Shown here: positions 56,501-64,000 of the stretch, in pieces
Layout of the letters: each line of letters begins with the position of its first letter
How positions within the stretch are numbered: position 1 is the stretch's first letter
Source: Patescibacteria group bacterium
GTDB lineage: Bacteria; Patescibacteriota; Patescibacteriia; JACRDY01
DNA length: 64,000 bases
Assembly: GCA_041671565.1 (NCBI GenBank)
Contig: JBAZBH010000001.1
Span: 7,552 to 71,551, forward strand
Reading direction: 5' to 3'
Made by a program: the position numbers and the translations under genes
The notes under the pieces: generated by a model
The model's input: the letters and a program-made list of their open reading frames with translations, nothing else
Database searches by the model: none
Told to the model about the DNA's origin: nothing

Positions 56501-56759
56501 CTGCCGCGGCTTTATCGGTAAAGGTGACGGCCAAAATCTCCTCGGGCTTAGCTTTATCCGAAAGCGCCAACCAAGCGATCCGCTGGGTGATGACCGTGGT
56601 TTTGCCCGTGCCGGCGCCGGCGACAATCAAAAGCGGCCCGGCGTCATGGGTAACCGCCAATTTTTGCTCCGGATTAAGGTTTTTAGTGATATCTTTGGTC
56701 TCCATAAGCACTAATATCTTAGCATAAATTAAAGGTTTTGACAGTCGGCAAGAATCCAA
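53589..56759 (-). CDS. UvrD/PcrA-type helicase fused to a C-terminal RecB/Cas4-like PD-(D/E)xK nuclease with an Fe-S Cys cluster (AddA-like).
   Basis: Walker A is AGAGTGKT. Motif II is VDEFQDTN. The C-terminal region has GRVDRID...EIIDYKTG plus Cys residues spaced like the Cas4/AddB-type Fe-S ligand set (CPLQ...CRFCDFREIC). Two in-frame K/E/Q-rich tandem-repeat insertions are present. Confidence 0.85.
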   Translation of the reverse strand: MDSCRLSKPLIYAKILVLMETKDITKNLNPEQKLAVTHDAGPLLIVAGAGTGKTTVITQRIAWLALSDKAKPEEILAVTFTDKAAAEMEERVDRLLPYGYVDLWIATFHSFCERILKTHALDIGLPSDFKIMDGTAQWLLVRQNLAKFNLDYYHPLGNPTKFIHALLKHFSRAKDEMISAGDYLEYAEKLKINLDGMESSGGRTLKHKNIKTKEQKNPSMRGAGKRTKEQDNNSPSEDKSEAVDEMEVKRLNEVAGAYQVYQQLLLDNNALDFGDLINYTLKLFQDRPQILRRYQEQFKYILVDEFQDTNWAQYQLIKLLASPRNNLTVVGDDDQAIYRFRGASLSNILEFKSDYSAAKEVVLTENYRSAQNILDLAYKFIQGNNPNRLECRLNESAAILEQAQKKGVNLKKFKKIDKQLKAANEIGGQIEHRHYGTVGEEVAGVLNQILALKKADPETEWSDFAILVRANASAKPFNAALLRAGVPFQFLALRGLYAKEVILDVLAYFKLLDNYHESPAVWRVLNFPMFKIAPQDLVQLSHQAYRQGWSLYESLQKAALMSGLEPKTLDTINQLLSFVVRHTQLAQEKSVGELLITFLTELGYVRYLKDLDNEKGREDLLYLNQFYKKIKAFEEEIDDPKLKDFLELMKLELESGEEGGLQADVEAGPDVVRVMTIHGAKGLEFKYVFIVNLVHLRFPTSERAESIELPDELVKEVAPSGDIHLEEERRLFYVAATRAKLGLFLTSAEDYGGSQKKKPSRFLAELGYGGQENKRTREQENKETIETVKYATSAGGAAAKLPLPDKFPFSQISSFEKCPLQYKYAYILKIPTFGKPSFSFGSTIHVTLQKFFNQMLEGGGQSDLFGAKAGNKLALPSWEVLLELYEASWVDTWYKNAAEKKEYRDKGRRILKEYYRLISQDRPTPIKLESPFKIAVGPYKISGRVDRIDQVAGGVEIIDYKTGQPKTEVKDDDRDQLLIYQLAAEQAFGLQPQKLTYYYIEENKAVSFIGSEKDKEKIQEKIINIIDRIQGSDFTATPGWPCRFCDFREICEFREN

Positions 56760-56843
56760 TAAAACCTTGACTTTTTAATAAACATAGATTAAAGTAAAAA
56801 AAACTAGTTCATTTCTAAACTTAACCCGTTAAAGGAGAACGAC

Positions 56844-57458
56844 ATGCCAAGTGACAAGGGGCAAAACAGACTCTTTTTTAAACTCAAATTCGTCGCGGCC
56901 AATGGAGGAACCCTAACTGGACAATCTGTGAGAGGGTGTTTCTCAAGCATTGCGGAATCATTTCTCAGTTTAAAACAAAAAGGGCTCTGCCCTGCCACGC
57001 TGGCAAATATTGCCATTCAAGCGGAGTTGATATTCTCGGTTGATGGCCGACCCAATCACGAATTTTCGGCTAATTTGGAAGGGATTTCCCTAACCGAGGA
57101 ACTGACAAAAACTTACTTCGAAACGATGGCAACATCCAGCGCCGATCTGGCAAACTACTCGGGAATTATTATTTCTATTACCCTAAGTGGAACCAAAACT
57201 TCCTCCAAAAAATATGGAAAAGTTGGGGTAACAGAAGAATTAATCGAGAAAATCATCAAGGGCGTTCTAAGCCATACCAGCGCAAAAAACACGGCGAGAG
57301 CAACGAAGCAAATCGGAATCGTTGCCAGCGCTTTCGTCAGGTTTAGAAAAGAAAAACGACTAACTGGCAGAATGGCAGACAGAATCATCGCCGCTCTGGA
57401 AACAATTAAGCCACTCGACGGCGAACTGAGACAAAGCATCTTAGATGCTGTCAGATAG
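56844..57458 (+). CDS. Hypothetical protein (204 aa).
   Basis: AAAGGAG sits 7 nt upstream of the ATG. A strong terminator follows. No recognisable motifs. Confidence 0.45.
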   Translation: MPSDKGQNRLFFKLKFVAANGGTLTGQSVRGCFSSIAESFLSLKQKGLCPATLANIAIQAELIFSVDGRPNHEFSANLEGISLTEELTKTYFETMATSSADLANYSGIIISITLSGTKTSSKKYGKVGVTEELIEKIIKGVLSHTSAKNTARATKQIGIVASAFVRFRKEKRLTGRMADRIIAALETIKPLDGELRQSILDAVR

Positions 57459-57473
57459 CCACATTTGATATAA

Positions 57474-57506
57474 CCCGGGGACGGCTCAGTCCCTGGGTTT
57501 TTAAAT
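57474..57506 (+). terminator. Rho-independent terminator
   Basis: cccggggacggctcagtccctggg followed by ttttt. Confidence 0.6.
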
Positions 57507-57601
57507 ATTAAAGTTACCATTCTGCGAGGTGTTGACTTTTATCTAAAAAACGCTAAACTTTCCTTACTGCGCTATTTCACAACCAAACAACGGGGGAACT
57601 A

Positions 57602-58294
57602 ATGAACGAACTGCAAATTTCGACTCTAAAATTGCTAGGCTGGGGCATCGGCGGCCTAATTGCCCTGCGGCTCTTTGGCGGAATATTTCTGGACATACTG
57701 GAAATCATACTTGACCTCCTGGCGAGTTATTGGCAAAAGGTAAAACCTTTGCCGCGCCTACCCTATCAAGTCACTTGGCCGGGCTACCTCGCCAATCTGA
57801 CCAACAAAGACGCCGCTCATGTCCGGGAAATCTGCCGTCGGCTAGCGGATTTAAGCCGCAAGCATAACCTACCGATTGCCGTCATGGCCGTAGGCTCGGC
57901 TTTAAACCGCGATACCGACCGACTCGGGCAAAAAATTCCGCCGCGCGACATCGACCTCTTACTACTGGCGGCAAACGCCAAAGACGCTGACCGCGCCAAT
58001 CAGATCTTTCGGGATTTTATCGCGCGCCAACCTGAGGTTGACCGCGATAAAACCAGCGGCGAACCCAAAGAGCATACTTGGAATGTTTTCAGCTTCGACA
58101 ACTGTTCGAAATTTTGGGAGCTGAATTTCCCAGGGAAAAGCCGAACGGTGCAACTTTTTGTTCACCACTACCACAAAGTCGGCCATCTGCGGCAGCAACT
58201 CAGACAAGAAATCAAAAAACGACTGATCGACCCCGACTATCGGTTCGCCTACCTCATCATCGCAGAAAGCGCCTCCGGGCGCTTTTTTTCTTAA
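57602..58294 (+). CDS. Hypothetical protein with an N-terminal TM helix and a possible minimal nucleotidyltransferase-like motif.
   Basis: GGGGGA lies upstream of the ATG. The TM helix is LLGWGIGGLIALRLFGGIFL. The segment GS...DID (AVGSALNRDTDRLGQKIPPRDIDLL) loosely resembles the Pol-beta NTase G[SG]x(n)DxD motif, but the spacing is atypical. Confidence 0.35.
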   Translation: MNELQISTLKLLGWGIGGLIALRLFGGIFLDILEIILDLLASYWQKVKPLPRLPYQVTWPGYLANLTNKDAAHVREICRRLADLSRKHNLPIAVMAVGSALNRDTDRLGQKIPPRDIDLLLLAANAKDADRANQIFRDFIARQPEVDRDKTSGEPKEHTWNVFSFDNCSKFWELNFPGKSRTVQLFVHHYHKVGHLRQQLRQEIKKRLIDPDYRFAYLIIAESASGRFFS

Positions 58295-58914
58295 ATCTCG
58301 TCAAAATCAACCGTCCGCGGGATCAGTTTAATCGCCGGCGCCGAGGCGGCGCTGAGGACAAACTTAACTAAGATATTAGAGAAAATAATACTCATCACCA
58401 CCGAGAATGGCATAACACCGGCAAAGGCAATCAGACAAAACAGAAAACTGTCAGCGACTAGAGCAACGGTATTCGACAAAAGCGAACCCGCCAGATCATT
58501 GAACCGGTGGTAAATCCGGCTGAAAATCTCCGTGTCAATCAGCTCGGAAATCACTTGCGAAATCACGCTCGCGAGCACTATCCGGAAAACCGGGGTTAAG
58601 ATATTTTGGTAATCCGCCTGAAAAGCCCAACTCGGCTCGGCCGGCAGTTTGCCCACCAAGTAAAACAAAATAACCATCGCCAAATTGATACCCGCCGCCG
58701 TGCAGACCACCACTCGAGCGCTCTTTTTGCCGGCGGTCTTATGGACAAAATCCCGGAGAGTAAAAGTCAGCGGATAAATCACCGTGCCACCGTCCATCGC
58801 CAGGTTGACCCAAGGCAGGAGCGCGATTTTGGTCGATAAAACATTGGCAATCAACTGTGACGCCACATATAGGGCGGCGCTGATTAGGGCGAGATTATTT
58901 TTGATGGTTGGCAT
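58291..58914 (-). CDS. YhhQ/DUF165-family (VUT) membrane transporter, queuosine-precursor-transporter-like.
   Basis: A polytopic 207-aa membrane protein. The family-like segments are VASQLIANV and TAAGINLAMVILFYLVG. Confidence 0.55.
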   Translation of the reverse strand: MPTIKNNLALISAALYVASQLIANVLSTKIALLPWVNLAMDGGTVIYPLTFTLRDFVHKTAGKKSARVVVCTAAGINLAMVILFYLVGKLPAEPSWAFQADYQNILTPVFRIVLASVISQVISELIDTEIFSRIYHRFNDLAGSLLSNTVALVADSFLFCLIAFAGVMPFSVVMSIIFSNILVKFVLSAASAPAIKLIPRTVDFDEI

Positions 58915-58966
58915 AATTAAATATAAAAAGCCCCTAAGGGACTTGTTTTCTTACCAAAAATCTAGC

Positions 58967-60103
58967 TTATAATCTATCTCTTCTAAAATTATCTAAAATC
59001 GCCGTAGCTAAAACATTAGATAAAACCGTTGGCACGGCATTCCCTATTTGTAAATTTCTATCGCTCCGAGAGCCATAAAATTGATAACTATCAGGAAAAC
59101 ACTGAATCCTGGCCCCTTCTCGGGTGGTTAAAGGCCGCGCCGCTTTTGGATGAATGCATCTTGACGACGACGGCGTGCTTAAATTTCTGGTTATGGTCGG
59201 CGCTGGCCTTTTCCACCAAAGCCGGCAATAAGTATTTTTGAATCCCGATGTCGGCCTCAAATTTTCTGGCAAATCTTCCGGCGTCCCGCCATCCGGCAAG
59301 AGCTCCATCATTTTTACCAGCTTCGCGTTATTCTTTGGCGCGTTCTGATCCATTATTTTTTTAGGCGCATTTTGGCGCATAAATCTTTGAAAACTATTCT
59401 TCGGCGCTGAAGCATAATTAAAACTCTCTTCGCCGGTTTTAATAAATGGCAAATCGCTGATTGCCTCTTCAAGCGTTAAATATGGTTTTAAATTTTTTTG
59501 GAATAAACTTCTAGATTCTTTTAAATTATAATTAGTGGGCTGAGGATAAACAAAATTAGTTTTAAGTTTCGAGCCAATAATTACTATCCTTTCTCTGATC
59601 TGCGGCGCGCCGTAATCTGCCGCATTTAAAACTTGGGATTGAACTTTATAGCCAAGTGATTTAAAAAGCAAAATTATTGTTTCTAGCAATTCTCCGTTTT
59701 GCATCGATAAAAGACCTCTGACATTTTCAAAAAGAAAAAACTTTGGATTAAATTCTTTTAAAACGCGATAATACTCTTGGAAGAGCTTGCCCCGCGGATC
59801 ATTTATCAACCTTTTGCCAACAGTTGAATACGCCTGACAAGGCGGCCCACCAATAATTATATCTATCTCGTTAGGTTTAATCCCTAAATCATTTTCAATT
59901 TTTTTGGCATTAAACTTCTTAATATCATCGATATAAACTTTTACAGTCGGATGGTTCAGTGAATAAGCTTTTGCCATATTCGGTAAAATCTCATTAGCCG
60001 CAACAATTTCAAAATTACTATTATGGGCAAAACCATAACTTAACCCGCCCACACCGCAAAACAAATCAATAATTTTTAACTTCTTGCTCATAAAAAAATC
60101 CAA
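58967..60103 (-). CDS. dcm: DNA (cytosine-5)-methyltransferase
   Basis: Motif I is DLFCGVGGLSYGF. Motif IV is GGPPCQAYS. Motif VI is FENVRGL. AT-rich. Confidence 0.9.
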   Translation of the reverse strand: MDFFMSKKLKIIDLFCGVGGLSYGFAHNSNFEIVAANEILPNMAKAYSLNHPTVKVYIDDIKKFNAKKIENDLGIKPNEIDIIIGGPPCQAYSTVGKRLINDPRGKLFQEYYRVLKEFNPKFFLFENVRGLLSMQNGELLETIILLFKSLGYKVQSQVLNAADYGAPQIRERIVIIGSKLKTNFVYPQPTNYNLKESRSLFQKNLKPYLTLEEAISDLPFIKTGEESFNYASAPKNSFQRFMRQNAPKKIMDQNAPKNNAKLVKMMELLPDGGTPEDLPENLRPTSGFKNTYCRLWWKRPAPTITRNLSTPSSSRCIHPKAARPLTTREGARIQCFPDSYQFYGSRSDRNLQIGNAVPTVLSNVLATAILDNFRRDRL

Positions 60104-60105
60104 GG

Positions 60106-60909
60106 CTAACTAAAACTTATATCTTTAAATTTTATTGGGCTTTCGGTTATTTTCCAGACAAAATTGTTTTGATCAATATTAAAAACCGTTTGCCCCTCCA
60201 TTTGTTGCCTAGTAATCCAGTTCACGCTATCGTCATCAATTTCATCCAATCTAATAAACGCCACTTGACCATTATACAGATCGAAATGAATTGCCAACGA
60301 ATGAACCTTAAAATCATGAAAAACCCTCTTGGCCTCCAAAACTTTGTGTTGTTTTATATCATTGATTCCGGTAAAACCTGCCTGCATTTCTACCCTGACC
60401 TTTTCTTTGCCTTTTAATCTAATTTCTAAATCAGCCTTTGGGGTTCTTTTAAAAGTCTCTATATTTCTCAAATCATCGTCGCCGATTAAATCAATTTTAG
60501 AAGTATTAACATTAAATATTATGCCGAGGGCTTTAAGAAAATAGTTTGAAATTATATAACCTCTCATCCAGGAAAAATAAACTTGCTCCGGTCGTCGGCC
60601 CTGGTTATTAAGTCTGGGCAAAATATTACTCGCTTTCATTATTTTAAAAGTGCGATCTATATATTCCGCTTTAAAAGCGGCTAGATTATCTATTTTTATT
60701 TCAGCCGCAACTACGCTATTAATTTTATAGATAATGTCGTAAAGCCTTTTATTTAAAATCTTTATATAATTAAAATCAACAGTAGGAGTAACATCTTTGG
60801 CGCCAAAGAAATCTTTTACGACCGCCTGACTAACGAAACCTAATTTCCGCCGATACTGCCGAAAATATTCAGCGGTAATTGTAATTTCTCTTGGCATAAT
60901 TTTATACAC
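60106..60909 (-). CDS. Putative Type II restriction endonuclease partner of the C5-methyltransferase. AT-rich.
   Basis: It lies 3 bp upstream of dcm on the same strand, in AT-rich composition. A possible D...E.K-type core is ADLEI...VEMQAG. No confident fold call. Confidence 0.4.
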   Translation of the reverse strand: MYKIMPREITITAEYFRQYRRKLGFVSQAVVKDFFGAKDVTPTVDFNYIKILNKRLYDIIYKINSVVAAEIKIDNLAAFKAEYIDRTFKIMKASNILPRLNNQGRRPEQVYFSWMRGYIISNYFLKALGIIFNVNTSKIDLIGDDDLRNIETFKRTPKADLEIRLKGKEKVRVEMQAGFTGINDIKQHKVLEAKRVFHDFKVHSLAIHFDLYNGQVAFIRLDEIDDDSVNWITRQQMEGQTVFNIDQNNFVWKITESPIKFKDISFS

Positions 60910-60977
60910 ACAAATTAACCTTTGAAGTCTAATGACTGAGGTTAAAATTAGTTAACTATTTTTATTATACCATGTAA

Positions 60978-61598
60978 CTACGCCCGTTTGAAATTGCGAA
61001 TCACGGCCATGACCACACCCTGAATCAGCGGGTCTTGAACATAAATCGGCTGGTAGGCTTTATTCGCCGGCTGAAGGCGGATGCGGTTCGCCTCGCGGTA
61101 AAACTTCTTCAGCGTGGCGTAAGCGTTGTCCAGAAGCGCCACCACCGTATCACCGTTATTCGGGCTGGGGTTCCGTTCAATCACCACATAGTCGCCGTCC
61201 AAAATCCCGTCTTCCATCATACTGTCGCCTTTAACTTGCAAAACATAAGAGTTCTCCCGATGGATAACCAGATTTGCCGGAATCGCCACCACCTCCGGAT
61301 TGGCAACCGCCTCGATTGGCTCGCCGGCGGCAATCAAACCCATCAGCGGTAGATTGATAATCTCGCCAATATTTACTTCGCCCTCGTCAACCGGCGTCAG
61401 TTCAATCGACCGCGACTCATTGGTGGACCGTTTAAGGTAGCCTTTCTTTTCTAAGGCCTCAATGTGGTCGGCAACAGTCGCGACCGAAGCCAATTTAAAC
61501 TCCGCGGCAATCTCGCGAAAGCTGGGCGAATAGCCGTGGCCGATAATAAAATCACGGATAAACTCCAAGATTTCGTGCTGTTTTTTGGTTAATCCCAT
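60978..61598 (-). CDS. lexA: LexA repressor
   Basis: An N-terminal winged HTH is followed by the cleavage site and S24 peptidase motifs (VKGDSM ... K). Confidence 0.85.
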   Translation of the reverse strand: MGLTKKQHEILEFIRDFIIGHGYSPSFREIAAEFKLASVATVADHIEALEKKGYLKRSTNESRSIELTPVDEGEVNIGEIINLPLMGLIAAGEPIEAVANPEVVAIPANLVIHRENSYVLQVKGDSMMEDGILDGDYVVIERNPSPNNGDTVVALLDNAYATLKKFYREANRIRLQPANKAYQPIYVQDPLIQGVVMAVIRNFKRA

Positions 61599-61709
61599 AT
61601 GGTTGATAGCGACTTGTGGTTAGCAGTTAGCGATTTGGGCCTAATTAATTAAATTAATAAGTTTGCTAACTGCTAGCAGCTAATAGCTATCAGGTAATTC
61701 CATTATACC

Positions 61710-61724
61710 GAACAAACACCGAAC
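61710..61724. promoter_or_regulatory. Candidate direct-repeat LexA box (GAAC-N7-GAAC on the plus strand, GTTC-N7-GTTC on the lexA strand), about 110 bp upstream of lexA.
   Basis: The sequence is cGAACaaacaccGAACag. It matches the GTTC-N7-GTTC LexA operator class described for alphaproteobacteria. Its relevance in this lineage is unknown. Confidence 0.3.
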
Positions 61725-61816
61725 AGACAAGATAAGTTATCCACAAAGGAAAAACCAATAAAAAAAGAGGTTTTTTAGACCTCCAGTTGAAATGAGCTCG
61801 GAGAGAAAACTCTACT

Positions 61817-62278
61817 TTACCAATTATTTTTTGGCAAATAACTGATTTTAATGCTAACTCCGGGCAAACGCCGCCTCAAGAAATTCTCGAGAAACTTAAT
61901 TTTTACGCCATGCCAGTGCTCTTCCTCGATGTTATAGTCAAATGCCGCCGATCCGCCAGCTGCGCCGCAGTCTTCATGATGAAAGACATAAAGTGTTTCC
62001 CAGCTATGGAGCGCCTGCAACAACCGCAGCCAGCTCACAATCAGCCAACGGCACAATAACCGACGCCACCAACTCCCGTGAACCAGACTGATTCCGCCTC
62101 CCGGCAGTATCAGTAAATCGGAATGGCCCAAAAGACTGTTCTTGGTCAAAAACCCAAACAACCATGGACCGAGCCGACCATCACTGCAACACAAGACACA
62201 AGCCTTCATTGAAGCGGACATGCTGATTCCTCCTAGGTGAATCGGGGCGATCCCCTTGATTGACGATTGACTAAACAA
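61817..62278 (-). CDS. Beta-carbonic-anhydrase-like protein. The start is probably at MSASMKAC near 62222.
   Basis: C-x-D-x-R is present as CCSDGRL. H-x-x-C-G is present as HHEDCGAAGG. The protein is shorter than typical beta-CA. Confidence 0.4.
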   Translation of the reverse strand: MFSQSSIKGIAPIHLGGISMSASMKACVLCCSDGRLGPWLFGFLTKNSLLGHSDLLILPGGGISLVHGSWWRRLLCRWLIVSWLRLLQALHSWETLYVFHHEDCGAAGGSAAFDYNIEEEHWHGVKIKFLENFLRRRLPGVSIKISYLPKNNW

Positions 62279-62397
62279 TTGATGCTATAGTTTACGCTAT
62301 ATAATTTTTAATGTCAATCTGCCCTCTTGGCATTTCCCCAGAAAGAAGGTAAGATAACCCCACTACAAAAATCAACCGCGAACCGTAGGAGGAACTT

Positions 62398-62679
62398 ATG
62401 GACTTTCTCATCCACAGCCCGCAGTTCAACCAGTTCGTGGTTGGCCACGAACTGCACTGGGCCATCGGCTTTATTGTCGGCCTAATTTTATTCCTAACCG
62501 CCGGCTACAACCTCAAAGAAGGCTGGCATAGCCACCTTAACACTCCCGGCAAAAAAATAATGGCAGTCATTAAACTGGCCATTTCGCTTCCGGTCTTTAT
62601 CTTCTTACTCAGCGTCTTAGTGCTTATCTTTAAGTACAAACTCGACCTGGGCATCTACAAATGGAGTAACTTTCTGTAA
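62398..62679 (+). CDS. Small membrane protein (93 aa, 2 TM).
   Basis: GGAGG sits 7 nt upstream of the ATG. Two hydrophobic helices are present. Confidence 0.45.
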   Translation: MDFLIHSPQFNQFVVGHELHWAIGFIVGLILFLTAGYNLKEGWHSHLNTPGKKIMAVIKLAISLPVFIFLLSVLVLIFKYKLDLGIYKWSNFL

Positions 62680-62725
62680 ATCACATACCAAACCAACTTC
62701 CCGTCCAGGCATCCGCCGGACGGGA

Positions 62726-63265
62726 TTATATTTTATAGAGATAAATCGCTTTGGCGCTTGGCGCCAGCCTAATCACTTTGGTTGGGGTCCAGCCGGGCAA
62801 AGAAAAGGCGTAAGACACCACCCGGCTGCCGGGTTTTAGTTCTTGCTTCAGTTTATCCCCCAGCTGGTTAGTCCGCAAATTTAAAGGCAGGCCAAAGAAA
62901 TAAACTACATCCGCGCCGGACAAATCTTCTTTAAAAATATTTTTGAGCTTAAAGGTCAGACTTTGGTTTAAATTAAACAGCCGACGCCACTCGCAAATTA
63001 AGTAAAGCGGCAATGAAATTTCTAAACCCACGGCCTTGACCCTATATTTCTTGGCGGCTAAAACTACTGCCCGGCCATCGCCACAACCGAGATCATAAAA
63101 CACTTCTCCCGGCTGAAGTTCGGCGAGCGCCAAAGCCTGAACCAAATCTCGTTGCCGCGTCGGCACCCATGGCGCGAACGACCGAAAAGCCACCACCCCG
63201 CCAATTACAAAAGAAACCAGTAAAACCAGCAAAACCGCAATAATTAACCAATTAAACAATAGCAT
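62726..63265 (-). CDS. Membrane-anchored class I SAM-dependent methyltransferase
   Basis: An N-terminal TM helix precedes motif I, VFYDLGCGDGR. Confidence 0.6.
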   Translation of the reverse strand: MLLFNWLIIAVLLVLLVSFVIGGVVAFRSFAPWVPTRQRDLVQALALAELQPGEVFYDLGCGDGRAVVLAAKKYRVKAVGLEISLPLYLICEWRRLFNLNQSLTFKLKNIFKEDLSGADVVYFFGLPLNLRTNQLGDKLKQELKPGSRVVSYAFSLPGWTPTKVIRLAPSAKAIYLYKI

Positions 63266-63266
63266 A

Positions 63267-63782
63267 TTATTCTCTCAGCTTAACCATCAGCCAAGTGCTG
63301 GGCGACTTTTGCGGTTTAATTAGCCTAATTTTTTTAAAACCAACTTTTTGATAACACCTAATCGCCCTGATATTTTTGGGCAAAACTTCCAGATAAAGGT
63401 TCTTTTCCCGAGGAAAATTCTTAAAAAACCAATTGACGGCTTGCTGCATCGCAACCGTGCCGATCCCCCGGCCCCAATAACGCTTTTCGCCAATGGCAAT
63501 ATAAACTTCATAATGCTTCTTAGTCTTTTTCCGTTGAATCAAAATGTGGCCAATCGGCTTCCGCTTAGCGGTAATAATAAAATCAAAGCCGTTTTTATTG
63601 GTTAAATGGCGGCTTAAAATTCTAACCACGGCTTCCGGCTTTACCGCTTCGTTAGTTCCTGAAGTCCAACGGCGCAGTTCCGGATCGTTCCACCAACGAT
63701 TAAACAGCTTAAAGTGGTTAGGTTTTAACTTAATCAAACTGATTTTTAACATATAGCTTAAGTATATCAAAAAACCGCCCAT
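63267..63782 (-). CDS. GNAT-family N-acetyltransferase. It probably starts at MLKISL near 63752.
   Basis: The acetyl-CoA-binding motif is RYWGRGIGT (Q/R-x-x-G-x-G/A). About 160 aa. Confidence 0.65.
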   Translation of the reverse strand: MGGFLIYLSYMLKISLIKLKPNHFKLFNRWWNDPELRRWTSGTNEAVKPEAVVRILSRHLTNKNGFDFIITAKRKPIGHILIQRKKTKKHYEVYIAIGEKRYWGRGIGTVAMQQAVNWFFKNFPREKNLYLEVLPKNIRAIRCYQKVGFKKIRLIKPQKSPSTWLMVKLRE

Positions 63783-63830
63783 AGGACGATTTTTAGTTAG
63801 TTGGCTTTTTCCTAAACTTTAAACCTCGGC

Positions 63831-64000
63831 TAAACTGACCCCGCCATCCTCGCCAACTTTAACCAACACTTTTTTAACCGCTATCTCGGGGTATTTAGCC
63901 GTAATTAAATCGGCCACCCGCGCCATCACCGCCTGGTGCTTCTGTTCGTCGTTCTCCATTCGGCCGCCGTAAGCGCCGCAATCGGTATGGTTCATGAGTA
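63831..64000 (-). CDS. Partial gene (the C-terminal end lies inside the window). Beta-carbonic-anhydrase-like protein with an HTDCGAYGG motif.
   Basis: Translating the reverse complement gives ...MNHTDCGAYGGRMENDEQKHQAVMARVADLITAKYPEIAVKKVLVKVGEDGGVSLAEV*. The gene continues beyond the window end. Confidence 0.4.

Noticed and set aside
57602-58294. Calling the 230-aa protein a cGAS/DncV-like or minimal nucleotidyltransferase.
   Set aside because: Only a loose GS...DID pattern with atypical spacing is visible. No third acidic residue or fold context can be confirmed by eye. The protein is left as hypothetical, with the possibility noted.

Overview
This 64-kb window reads as a gene-dense chromosomal segment from a small-genome bacterium, probably Patescibacteria/CPR-like. 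That assignment is inference from gene content, many small hypothetical proteins and weak Shine-Dalgarno usage. The backbone is mostly minus-strand housekeeping genes. In order: fmt, def, priA, then gltX, an M23 peptidase, nrdAB, then ftsQ, ddl, alr. Further on come serS, lysK (class I), greA, glyQS, frr, holB, and two mreB loci, one of them with mreCD. A glycosyltransferase/cell-envelope cluster sits between the mreB loci. The window ends with an AddA-like helicase-nuclease, lexA, and two beta-carbonic-anhydrase-like genes.

Several things sit on top of this backbone.
- At least eight unrelated families of intergenic inverted-repeat elements. The most prominent is a 'cgaat/attcg' palindromic family with three full and three half copies. 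Two of the half copies flank a 2.4-kb four-gene segment (51134-53530) like terminal inverted repeats.
- A visibly AT-rich island (25929-29545) carrying a Type II N6-adenine restriction-modification (R-M) pair and a Fic protein. A decayed duplicate of the serS 3' end inside it marks an old integration site.
- A second AT-rich R-M pair (C5-cytosine methyltransferase plus putative endonuclease, 58967-60909) next to lexA, and an AT-rich two-gene orphan cassette wedged directly before gltX (8904-9903).
- A tyrosine recombinase with an AT-rich partner gene (18622-20123), and a tandem pair of paralogous ~560-aa cysteine-rich multi-zinc-ribbon proteins inside the glycosyltransferase cluster (44472-47976).
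- A PriA homolog with obliterated Walker A/B motifs.

No rRNA, tRNA or CRISPR array could be recognised by eye. Product calls rest on motif-level recognition. No database search was possible.
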